Assembly (NCBI GenBank): GCA_964188305.1
Contig: OZ076889.1
Direction: 5' to 3' (one strand)
Origin: Podarcis bocagei
Lineage: Eukaryota
DNA: 64,000 bases
This document shows, piece by piece, positions 26,501 to 38,500 of the stretch. The notes beneath the pieces were generated by a model. It searched no databases, was not told where the DNA came from, and was given only the letters and a program-made list of their open reading frames with translations. The position numbers were made by a program, and so were the translations under genes. The first letter of the stretch is position 1, and every line of letters starts with the position of its first letter.

Positions 26501-29500
26501 GTATTTGGGTACAGTACAACAAGTACTTCATCATTCTTTGCTTCAGGAGGCTGAAGCAGTGATTGTTCAATTGGTGGCTGACTTGTGGGAATGTTGAAGT
26601 GGATGGGGTGGAATAGAGAAGTGTGGTGTTTGTGTTTTGGTGCTCATCTACTTACAGTCCCAGACACGTTCCTATTTTTTAAAAAAATCATTTCCAGACA
26701 ATTCATAAAGATTGTAAAGGAAAGTTGGATAGGAATCCCTTTTATAGTGGTTATAATTTTTTCATAGCACAGAGGCCCAAGAGGAGATAAGATCAGACTC
26801 TTGAACATGCCACCACCCTTTAGGCATCCTTTGAAGCTCTAGGCTGAGTCAGTATTTTGTAGTAAAGATATTTTTCCAGTATTAATAATTTCAATAATCA
26901 TATTTCTCAGTTACACAGCATTTGATGCTAAAGGTGCCAACTATTCAGTGGATTTCATCTAATATTTTGAGATTCGTCTTTATTTTTGCTTTTTGACTTT
27001 GTTAAAGTTATAATCTAGTTCTGTGCTTTCCTGAGCATGGGGTACTGGGCTATCGGCATAAGTGGACAGCTCCACTATCTCTGCCAATCATCCAGAGGGC
27101 ATCCAAGGAGCAGCCATATCCCAGTATTGCTGATGAAAAAAACAAGTATGGATGTGAGCATGAAATATTTTAGAAAAGGCAGAGCTGTCTACATTGCCTC
27201 CTTCAGATTGCTACATCATCTTAGGGAGCAGAGGCAGATGTTTAGACCACACCTGATAGGTTCAGGACTTATAGTTGCATAAATATATTTTCTGATGAAG
27301 GAAAAGAGCCATTAATCTGATATATCGCAAAACTTAGAATTGCAGTGGTTGCATGATTTTTCTGGTGTACTGATTGCCTTTTTGTGTGTTTTGTGTTTCC
27401 TTAGCACAAGCCTGGGAGAACATGATGAGTGCCTCAAGCCAGAGCCCTAATCCTAACAATCCTGCTGAGTACTGTTCTACCATTCCTCCCTTACAGCAAG
27501 CACAGGCTTCTGGAGCTCTGAACTCTCCACCACCTACTGTTATGGTACCTGTGGGAGTCCTAAAGCATCCAGGTGCAGAAGGTAGGGATCTTCTTTTCTT
27601 CTGCTTAGATTCCATCTCCCTACTCCCCCTCTTTATGAGAGGGGGTGGTCCCTGCCTGTTTGAAGGAGACAGTGGTGAAACCATTCCTTAAAAAGCCTTC
27701 CTTGGATTCAAAAAACCTAGCTAACTACCAGCCAGTTGCTAAATCTCCCTTTCTTGAGCAAGGTTCTGGAGCAAGTGGTTGCAGACCAGATCCAGGCACT
27801 TTTGGAAGAAACTGAGTTTCTGGATCCATTTCAATTGAGGTTTAAGCCCAGTTTTGGCACAGAAACTGCTTTGGTCACCCTGTATGATGACCTCTGCCAT
27901 CATACAGAGTACTTCTGAATTCTAAGTGTGTTATCAAAATGCTGATTAGTGTTAATGCTGATTAGTATTATTTACTTGGGCTGCAATCCAAAGAAGTGAC
28001 ATGCACATATAAGGAAAAACTATTTGCGGAGCCTGAACTTCATTTGTTGTTTCTGCTGTAGCAATTTTTCCTACCCAAGTGACTTGAAAAAAAGACATCT
28101 AAGTCAGTAGTTTATGTCAAGTTTCCCTTTGATACTTTTTCATATAATTCCTAAACAGTGGTGCAAATCTGACCACTCAACCATCTTTGTTGCACTGTAT
28201 ACATTTTACAACCTTACCTGTTTTTACCTATAAAGAGATTGTTGGCATATAGGGTCTTTCAGATGACCAGCACCTGTGATAGTTTGTGTAAAAATAACAG
28301 TAGAATCCCAATTCAATGGGATTTACTCAAAGGCAAGTGGGTATATGAAACACCCATGGCTGATGAGAAGTATGGTCTGATAGTTACTCAGCACTCTAAA
28401 GCAGTTTATTTTCATCAAGTGAAAATGAAATGGCTATATCTGCCCGTGTAAATGTCAGTGTTTGAGAACTGCTCAAACTGGTTCTTTATTTGCATAGGAA
28501 AGCCTCCTTAACTCAATGTATCTGGTGGAGGTATTTATTCAGTTTAGAGGTTAACTATAGGATCAAGATGCTTAGATCTAAATGATTGAATATTAATCTG
28601 GTTATCACTAAAGATAAACTTACTATTTACAATGTTCTTTTTAAAAAATATCTTCAACTGCTGATGAAAAGACAAGCTGCCTTAAAAAACAACCACTATG
28701 GGAACTGTTGAACCAAACTCAGATTCTTCTTTATTTGGTTGTGGCATTGGAAATATTCAAAATCCCTATCGTTGCTGTTTTTTAGTTTGTGTTTCAGTGT
28801 ATTTCTGTATCTCAATTAAAGCCAGCTAGCTTCACTTCTCTTTTCATGCATGCATTTCTTTTGATGAGTTGTTCCCATCTCTTCCTTAGTGGCTCAGCCC
28901 AGAGAACAAAGACGTGTTTGGTTTGCTGATGGCATCTTACCCAATGGGGAAGTTGCTGATGCAGCCAAATTGACAGTGGCTGGAACAACCTCCCCTGGAG
29001 CGCTAGCAGTGTCACATGATCCAAGCAAACCCATGAGCAACACTACTTCACCCGTAGAGGTGAGGAAAAGCTCTGATTTTTGTTGTAATATGTTGGACAT
29101 GTCTCTTGGTCAGAGGGTACAGGCAGAAGTAGCTTCCCTAGCAATGTATTTTTACATGAGAGCCTATAGTACAGATTGTTTTTTGTATCTTGTATTTTAC
29201 AAAATGAAGAGTAAAATATGTCTAGTTATGCATTTACATAGTGTTGTTTACTGCTTCTTGTAGACTGAAAACACACTTGCATTTTCAAGAAGCATTACTC
29301 AGGTTGGAAGTCCAGTTGGCAGTGCGATGAATCTTATTCCAGAAGATGGGCTTCCTCCAATTCTTATTTCTACAGGGGTGAAAGGAGGTGAGAATTAAAC
29401 TGTGGTGTGTCTGTTTTTGGGTTTAATGAGTAACATTCCATCCTAGAGCAGTCCATATTGAAACCAAAGTCTTCTGGATCAAGGTCAAATAGTCTTGACT

Positions 29501-32500
29501 GTCAGTGGGCTGAATATTAACAGGCAAGGTCAGGCTTAATAAAATATCTGTTATCTCTAACACAAATGGGGATTCTGTGTACATATAATCATTCAGGTGT
29601 ACTGAAGAGTGATGGGAGTTCAAAAGGTTGACTTGGATGCATGTGAAATTGGAAGAAGGGATTGCATTTCTAGGAAAGTACCAATTTCTGGGGTAGTCCT
29701 TTTCTGAGCTGGGCTAGACGTTATCAGCACTACGGTGTGTGGTCACACATACAGCAAGTACCTAATATCCAGTCTGATCTGTTGGCATACTGCCAATTTT
29801 TCTTGTTTACATCTTCCATATCAATGTCATGAAGTTTCTGCAATTTGAAGCAGTGGAGAATAATATCTATGTGTAGCTACTTGTTTGCAATAGATAAAAC
29901 TAAATGATTGCCTGTGAAATAAGACTCTTCATAAAATAGTACCACGAGTTGCAAGTACTATTTGTTTAGTTATTTAAACAACTAAAACTGACCAGTTGAT
30001 AAACTCACTAATTAAGAACCAATGACTATGGATATATTCCAAATTTATGGATAAATTCCAAGTTATTTTTTGCAGTAAATCTTATACCTGACAGACACTT
30101 CATTCTGTCAAAAGTCCTGATAGTCAAATAAAGTTTTTTAAAAAGGAAAACTAGAAGGGATTCATGAATTTGTGTTTATGGGAATGCTTCAGAATATAGC
30201 CTTTAAATATGATTTCATTAATTGATATTGTTATATATAATGGCACTGTAAACATAAGCAAATAAAAGCCACTTCCCAATATTCCATCATACTCTAGCAT
30301 GGAACAGAAGAAAGGCCAGGGCTATGCAGATAGAAGAAGGCTTGGTGATCGGTGGCTAGGGTCTGCAGTTATAGGGAGAAAAATTATATCTTACCCAGTG
30401 GTACCCCTGTGTGCATACCTTTAATATCTCCCATGGCAGTAAAGGATTCCCATTTGCTCCTCTCAGGAAAAATGAAGGACTTTGATTGAGGAGTGAGAAC
30501 CTGCATTCTACCCCTTTTATTGAACTTTTATTGACAGGATCACACAGGAATGTGTATCCACATGCAAAGCACATAGTTATACTGCACCCCTTGGCTTCCT
30601 TAGCATATATAAGCTGGTCTTCCCCATGGAAACCCCACCAATCCTTTTGATCATTTTGAGGGTCGGCCTGCATATATTTGCAATACATGACTGAGATGCC
30701 AAAACTGGTTTATAATGGTTATGTTTAATGCCATATACTGTGCTTGACATAGAGGTATGTTTTGTAGAAGCCCCAGGGTAGAAATCTATTTTTGTTGCAC
30801 TATCAAATAAAGATTTACAAAGGTATTTATTATGGGTCTGTTAAACAAATGCTATTTCATTTTTTAAGAACAGGCAATACTATTCAGTAATTGATTTCAC
30901 AGTAATACCTTCACTGTTGTTGTAGGTATTACTGATAGCATGCATTTTTCAGATGTTACCTAAACCCAATGAAATGTTGGGGGGGGGGGAATCTCATTTT
31001 TAAAAAATCCTCCACCCATCCATTTGAATAAGGTGACAGACCACACAGTACTTAAATATGAGAGGTATGCTATTGCCAAATTGCATAAGACACTTGACAA
31101 CCATCATTTGACAGCTACCATTTTGCTTTCAGATTATGCTGTAGAAGAAAAACCATCTCATATATCAGTGATGCAGCAGTTGGAAGATGGTGGCCCTGAC
31201 CCCCTTGTGTTTGTTTTAAATGCAAATTTGCTGTCCATGGTTAAAATTGTGAACTGTAAGTCCAGTTTATTTGGCTGATGATAAAACGATCTTGCAATGA
31301 ATCAATTTCCTTTGCTTTATAAAACATTTCCCTGCGAAAAACTTCTTGCACTGCAGAAAATCACCTTCAAGTAACAGTGGTGAATTGTCTTTCTGGTCTG
31401 TGTCTTGGAAGTGATTGTGTGCCAAAATCCAGGATTTTATTTTCTGAGGCCCAATATATGAATTCACATATTTAAAAGATGTGCTGGTCTTGCTACTGAT
31501 GATTTCTTGATTTAATAGCAGCATGATATTACAGTGGAACTTCAGTACGCTGAATGATGGGGTTTATAAAATCATACTTCCTATGAGCATAACAAGATGC
31601 AGTTCAGAATATCCAGGATTTAAGATTATCTATGGTGTAATTCGGGGGCGCGGGGTGGCGCTGTGGGTAAAACCTCAGCGCCTAGGACTTGCTGATCGCA
31701 TGGTCGAGCTCCCGTCGTTCAGTCCCAGCTCCTGCCCACCTAGCAGTTCGAAAGCACCCTTAAGTGCAAGTAGATAAATAGGTACCGCTTTATAGCGGGA
31801 AGGTAAACGGCGTTTCCATGTGCTGCTCTGGTGCCGGTTCGCCAGAGCAGCTTCGTCACGCTTGCCACATGACCCGGAAGTGTCTACGGACAGCTCTGGC
31901 TCCCGGCCTCTAGAGTGAGATGAGCGCACAACCCTAGAGTCAAGACTGGCCCGTACGGGCAGGGGTACCTTTACCTTTATGGTGTAATTCAGCATAACTC
32001 TAAGAGGGGTACACCTACAGGGAACAAGGGTCTACTCATGCAGTGGGACTTCCCTTGCTCTTCTCTCCCCATTTGTCCCCTAAACCTGTTCTGAGGGTTC
32101 CTTGAAACGCTCCATAGCTGATTTTGGAAGTACAGGTGGGAGAGGTGGAGAGAAGTCCTGTTGCGCAAGGTACCTCATTTCACGCATGCTAGCAGCTTAG
32201 ATGAATGCCTAGTTTAACCTATGTGGTTAAACTAGGGGTGGCTAACCTTATTTGGTCTAAGGGCTTCATGTCAGTGGAGGATGTTGTCAAAATGAACTTT
32301 GGTGTCCCCTAGCTTTGTGCCTCTCCCCGACCAAGCCTGTGCACACACAGGCAGGCACACAGACGCACAATGGCAGACACAAGCCATAATCCTGCCAATT
32401 TGAGGGATTCCTCCCCATTGCAGTGCTGTGCTGAGAGGAGAGACTTAAAATGTAAAGACTAGCAAATGCAGAGGTTACCATATTGGGTCAGAAACACAAC

Positions 32501-35500
32501 CTTATAGTAACTAAGACTTTTAACCTGCAGGGTGAATAACTTGGGCAGGGTTTTAATTGAGGAAAGTGATATTGCAAGAAGGGTCAAATCCTGAATCACC
32601 CAGTACTGTTGTCTAAAATCTACACACAACCCATACACAAAAACCATACATGGTTTTTTTAATATATAAATGAGATCCTGAGTCAGAGAGCTCTGTTGTG
32701 TTTAGTTTGGCCTTGGCAAATAAGCAGCCTACAGTAATGTCTTCATTAATTTTGCATTTATCGTGGTACCTCGTGTTATGGATGGGATCCGTTCCGGAGG
32801 CCCGTCCGTAACGTGAAATGCCCGCAACTCGAAGCTCTGTGTCTGCACAGGCATGTGGCACAATTTGGCGCTTCTGCACATGTGCAAAACATGATTTAGC
32901 GCTTTGTGCAGGTGCGAGCAGCGAAACCCAGAAGTAACCTGTTCTGGTACTTCCGCGTTGCCACGGGATGTAACGCGAAAAGACACAACATGAAGCGTAT
33001 GCAATACGAGGTATGACTGTACTCCATATGTTTATTTTTACAAACCCTCATTGTGCTTTCCCTTCTACAGATGTGAACAGGAAGTGCTGGTGCTTCACTA
33101 CAAAAGGAATGCATGCTGTAGGCCAGTCAGAAATAGTAATTCTTCTCCAGTGCTTACCTGATGAGAAGTGTTTGCCGAAGGATATTTTCAACCACTTTGT
33201 GCAGCTTTATAGAGATGCTTTGGCAGGTGAGAGAACTGCCTATTTGAAAATTGTGATGACTGCTGACAGCTAAATTACTTGAATTATTAAGTCATCACAG
33301 TTGTGTAGCTGTGCCTTCTAGATTCTTTTATAAAATAGTCCATATTTGTACATTATTAAATAATATTTAAGTAACCAAAGGGCTCTCTGCCTTTTCTTCA
33401 GATGCTGATTGAACTCTGATCCAGCATACTACGGTTATTACTATGTGCAATTTCACTACAGTGTTGCATAATTTATGACCTCTACATAATGTGTATTTGA
33501 ATTCTATTTTTGGTATTCTTTGATATACTGTCCTTCAATGCTGTGAGGGAAGCAGGGTTTCGGGGCTTTGTTATTTTTAATCAAAAGCCAAAATTTAATA
33601 CCAGTACTGCTGACTTTTATTATTCTTTTTGGGGAGGGGGCATTTTCTATTTCTGTAGTTCAGAAATGTAAGGCAGTCAAATTAAATCATGAGTTACTGT
33701 GCTGGATACAAAAAGGATTCTTGTTTTGTGAGCAGATGATCTTCATGACTCATAGCACTCTAAATCAATTTCTGCAGTGGTCCATAATACACTCTTAGTA
33801 TGTGGCTTGCCTATGTTCTGACATTGTAAGTAGTTGAGAGAGAGTTGTGGAGGGATGCAGTACAGTACACTAAATTAACACTGCTAGGGGGTTATCAGAA
33901 ACAGCTTGCTGTAAAGTTATTTACTATAAGTGCAATGAATAAGACAACTGTGTCTTAACCATTCTGCTATATATTTTGGAAAGTTGTTCATTTGTTTGCT
34001 ACACTTTGGAACACCTCTTAACACAGCATTTTAAAAAATTGCTGGTTCCCGAGATCAGGGAGCAGGTTTTTCAAATCAAGATAGCAGACTGAACCTTTCA
34101 AAACGGTGCTGATTTTGGGGTTTCTTAAAATTTCCGAGTAACGCCAGGTAGAAGGCTGCTGGTTTCTTATAAGGCAAAACATGCCTGTAATAAATAGAGG
34201 GTACACTGTGTGTAATTATTTCTGAAAAGCTGAGGGGAGTGGGAAATTTGTAAAGGATTTCTGCTATAGAACAGTGGATAAATTTTCAGCAGGGCTTAGA
34301 GCTTTAAGAGTTGTATGTGCTTGGGCTGCATATCTAGTACCTGCAGGTCATAGCTTCATGGCTGAGTAGAAATTTGTACCTGAGTGTCCTTAATCTTAGA
34401 TCCAACATTTTCAACATCACATATTATTAACTTTTAAGCATTCTCTTTTTCATTAACATCCTTTGTTGTTAAAATGCAACAGTATAAAGCATGGTATTGG
34501 TACTGGTTTAAAACCTGTGACATATAATTTCAGTATTGAAACAAAGGTTTTCTCTGTATATAATAATAGTAATGTATATAATAGTAATAAATAATCTACC
34601 AGGTTAAGCCCAGAGACAAAGTTTTCTCAGGAAGTTGGGAGTGAATTAAGTGTGCTGCTCATGGTATGTATATAATCATCACACCTTCACATCTGATAAA
34701 ATTGCTCGGCAGGATTTGGTGTCATTTCTAAGACCTGCAAATCCTGTTTGACAAGAGGTCAAACTTTTGGATAAAAGTATTTTGTACTAAACATGCGAAG
34801 TGCAACATTTATTTCAAAGCACTTTCTTAAAATTACCGTATATTCCATCTCTAGACTAAGACTCAGCATATGGCTGCTTCAGAATGTTGCAATGTTTGTG
34901 GAGTTGCTTTTTTCGTATCCCTTTTGGGATCAGGGTTCTTGGGGTTTTTTGTGGCAGGGAATCTACACTGTAGAGATTTCATTTGCAAATACCTAGAAAT
35001 GAAATCAATAAGTGTGTGCAGAACTTTTCTAATTAAACTGGAAAAATAAAGCATTATATACTATTGAATAAAATTCCTTTTGCTTTTATTTTGGTATATC
35101 TGCTGCAAATGGGTAATTTAAGTTAGTATACCTTAACATTTCTTTAAAAATGTTTTCTTCTGTGTCACAAGTAGCACAAGAGGAAGTAGGATCTCTGTGC
35201 AATTTTATCTTGCCTTTTGGATATATAGCCATTAATAATAACTATTTCTCTTGTTTCCATAGGCAGTGTTGTGGGTAATTTAGGACATTCATTTTTCAGT
35301 CAGAGTTTTCTCGGCAGTAAGGAGCATGGCGGCTTCTTGTATGTTACACCTGTGTATCAGTCGCTGCAGGACTTGGTGCTCCCCACTCCACCATATTTAT
35401 TTGGAATCCTTATCCAGAAATGGGAGACTCCTTGGGCCAAAGTATTTCCCATCCGACTGATGTTGAGACTTGGAGCTGAATACAGGTGTAAGTCCTATTA

Positions 35501-38500
35501 CTCTTCAGTGTCCCATTAGATCCCAGCCTTGGTTTCAGAGTGTCATATATACATATTTTACCATTTTGTTACTGGTAATCACATTGCCTTGGATTCAAAC
35601 TTTTTGCTTTGTGAGCAAAGGGAGTCTTCTGTTCATGGAGCAAAAGGTTAGGGTCCAAGCTACCGTTGTAAGGACATTACTAAATGTGATTCTGTTGGCC
35701 AAATTAATCTACATTAAAGTAGTTGCTTGTGCACACAGTAGGTTATGTTATATGGGAACAGTGTCTGAAGTGGGTTTAAAATGGCTTTCTGTGCGACGGA
35801 GGGCTCTGTGGCACCCTACCGGACATGGGAGCTTGGAGTAACTGGTGCAGTCATGGTTTTCAGAGTTGTATTCAGTGGTTCTTTTGTGTGTGCACCACTT
35901 TCATAAGTAACTGAAACCTAGGCAAACTTGAAAATTAAAAATGGTTACAAAAACCTAGTACTGAATATAAGCTGTTAAGATCTCCACAACAATCATTTGT
36001 TTAAGTCAGTTGGGGTTAGTGTTAGGTCACACACAGTGACTTCTTGTGCTCCCATTTTGGCTCTGTAGTGTACAAATAAAAACATGGAAAGTGTTGCTAG
36101 AAAGGCAGAGCATCTTTCCTCGGCACATGTCTGTGCGCCAAGTAGAAATCTGAAGGCCCATCCTATTATTCTATTCTTACAATTGTCCTTGATCAGACAG
36201 GCACCAACATAGGTGGAATGATTCCTTCCTTGTATGTGACTATATGTGGACCACTGGCAAAGAACCACAATGAGGGAGAACTCTGGGTTGGATCAAGACT
36301 TGACGCTTTGCAAAAAAGGGCTCATTCTATTTGCAGAGGGAATCAGAATCCAGTGGGGGTTCTCCACTTGCGGAGGGACCGTGGTTTTTGTTGGGCAAAT
36401 GGAACTTCTTCCTGTGCAAGTGGAACTCCTGAGCATGTCTGGATACAAGCTATGGTGTTATTTGGATCTTCCTACTGTTGATATTTTTCTAAATTTGATT
36501 TTCTAGCTACCAAATGCAAGGTTTTTGGAGTGAACTTCTCCATAGATATGTTTGAATCTGAGATCTTTTTTCTTACTTTCTTAGTGTACCCGTGCCCACT
36601 TTTCAGTGTCAGATTTCGTAAGCCATTGTTTGGAGAGACTGGACACACAATTATGAATCTTCTTGCAGTAAGTGATGGTTACAAGATTATTTTGTAAATA
36701 GAAAAATGTATGTGTTCTGTTCACTCACCTAATTTACATGCACTGTTATTCTGAAAATATAATAATGTGTAGATTTCTTAAATCTAGATATGATGAAGTA
36801 GAATTTGTTTATTTATTTATTTAACAAATTTATATACAGTTTTCAAGCAAAAAATTATTCTCAAAGTGTTTTACAAACTACATACAAAAACGTAAACAAA
36901 AAATATAATTTAAAACTGGCTAAAACATCCATATGATTTCAAAAGATAATTTAAAAGACATCACAAAAACAAGTATTTCTGAGCATAACAAAAATACCAT
37001 AGAACACCACAATACCAATTTTACAGCTCAGATTATAATTAGTCCCTAAAGACTATTAACCCTTATCCCTAAAAGGATAAGTCTTTAAAGGAGGTGGGGA
37101 TGAGGTTTGCTCTCAATATCATGCAGAATCTAATACACAGTTTTATGCAACAAATATCTATTTTAAATCAAGAGAACACTAAAGGACCTTTTTTTTTAAA
37201 CATCTCTGAACTGGACCATCATATAGCTGTAGGCACACTACTGTTAAAAAAAACCACCTAAGCATTTCATCTGTACATTTATACCAAGGAACCCCAGTTT
37301 AGTGTCCTGTAATTTTTTTTTGTATGCTAGAGAAAGAGCACAGCTGCGCTCAAGGACAGAAAGAATACCTTGGAGTGGTGCTGATGCCCCATAGCATTTA
37401 AGGAGCTTAAACAGGCACCTGTTCCAAATGTGAAGTGTGTTATTGGACACCAGGAAGGAATATAGCAGAGGTGGATGAGTGGGTGGGAATGGGAGATTAT
37501 CAGGTGCTCCTTTCCTCTTCTTGTTCATCCAAAGGCAATTTCTATTTTCTCACAGCTAAACGTACCCAGCTTACTCTGATACACATTGCATCTCATGAAA
37601 ATCATTGGTACAATATCAGTTCTTTCTACTTAGTGTTGTTTTCAGAGCCCCTACTGATGGGTTAGGTTGCTCCTGAAACAAAATGTATTTTGCAATATTT
37701 TAAACAAAATAATGAGTAAAGAATACTGCTTATTGCGAATGGATTTAGTATTTTTATTGTAATTTTTCAAAGTTGACCCATAGTTCTTGCGTTGCTGAAA
37801 CTCAAATGCCAGCAGCAATTGCGATTTTCATTGTTCTGTGCACTGATAGGACTTCAGAAATTACCAGTATACATTGCCAGTTGTCCAAGGCTTAGTGGTT
37901 GATATGGAAGTGAGGAAAACCAGCATCAAAATTCCCAGCAACAGATACAATGAGGTATGTAGTGTGAATAAATATGTAACACACATGTCCAAGAAGCATC
38001 ACAGTGATTCTTCTATTGATGAAATATTGAACGAACTAGGAGTTACTTGAGGGGTGAATACAACTGGATCTGTGAGATCGGGTTTCAAATTCTTGCTCAG
38101 CAAGGAACTGAGGGAGCAGCTTTGGTTAAGCCATGATATCTCTCTACCTTGTCTCCCATCTGAAAAATTATGAATAATGACGTACCTTTATATCTCATGT
38201 TGATATGGCAGATCAGGTGTAAACTGTCTTGCATGTTCTTCTCCTCCAAAATATTGTATGCCATAAATCATATATTTCTTTTGGAGGACTAAAATTTTAA
38301 TTCAGTGATTGTTAAATGTTTATTTTTTTTCCAAAGAGCCAAGAAACAGCATTGCAAATAGTTTAATTTGGCCCTATTCCTGGGATGGGCACTCCACAGC
38401 CATTGGCCTGATTTTATGTGCTCGTTGGCAAGCATCACCTCAGACCCTTGGCAAGACTGAAGTGCCCCCCATGGACAAGAGAGAGAGAGACTACCTTTGG

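Noticed and set aside
27938-27970. Short tandem duplication aatgctgattagt x2
   Set aside because: Simple local slippage in an intron with no functional cue
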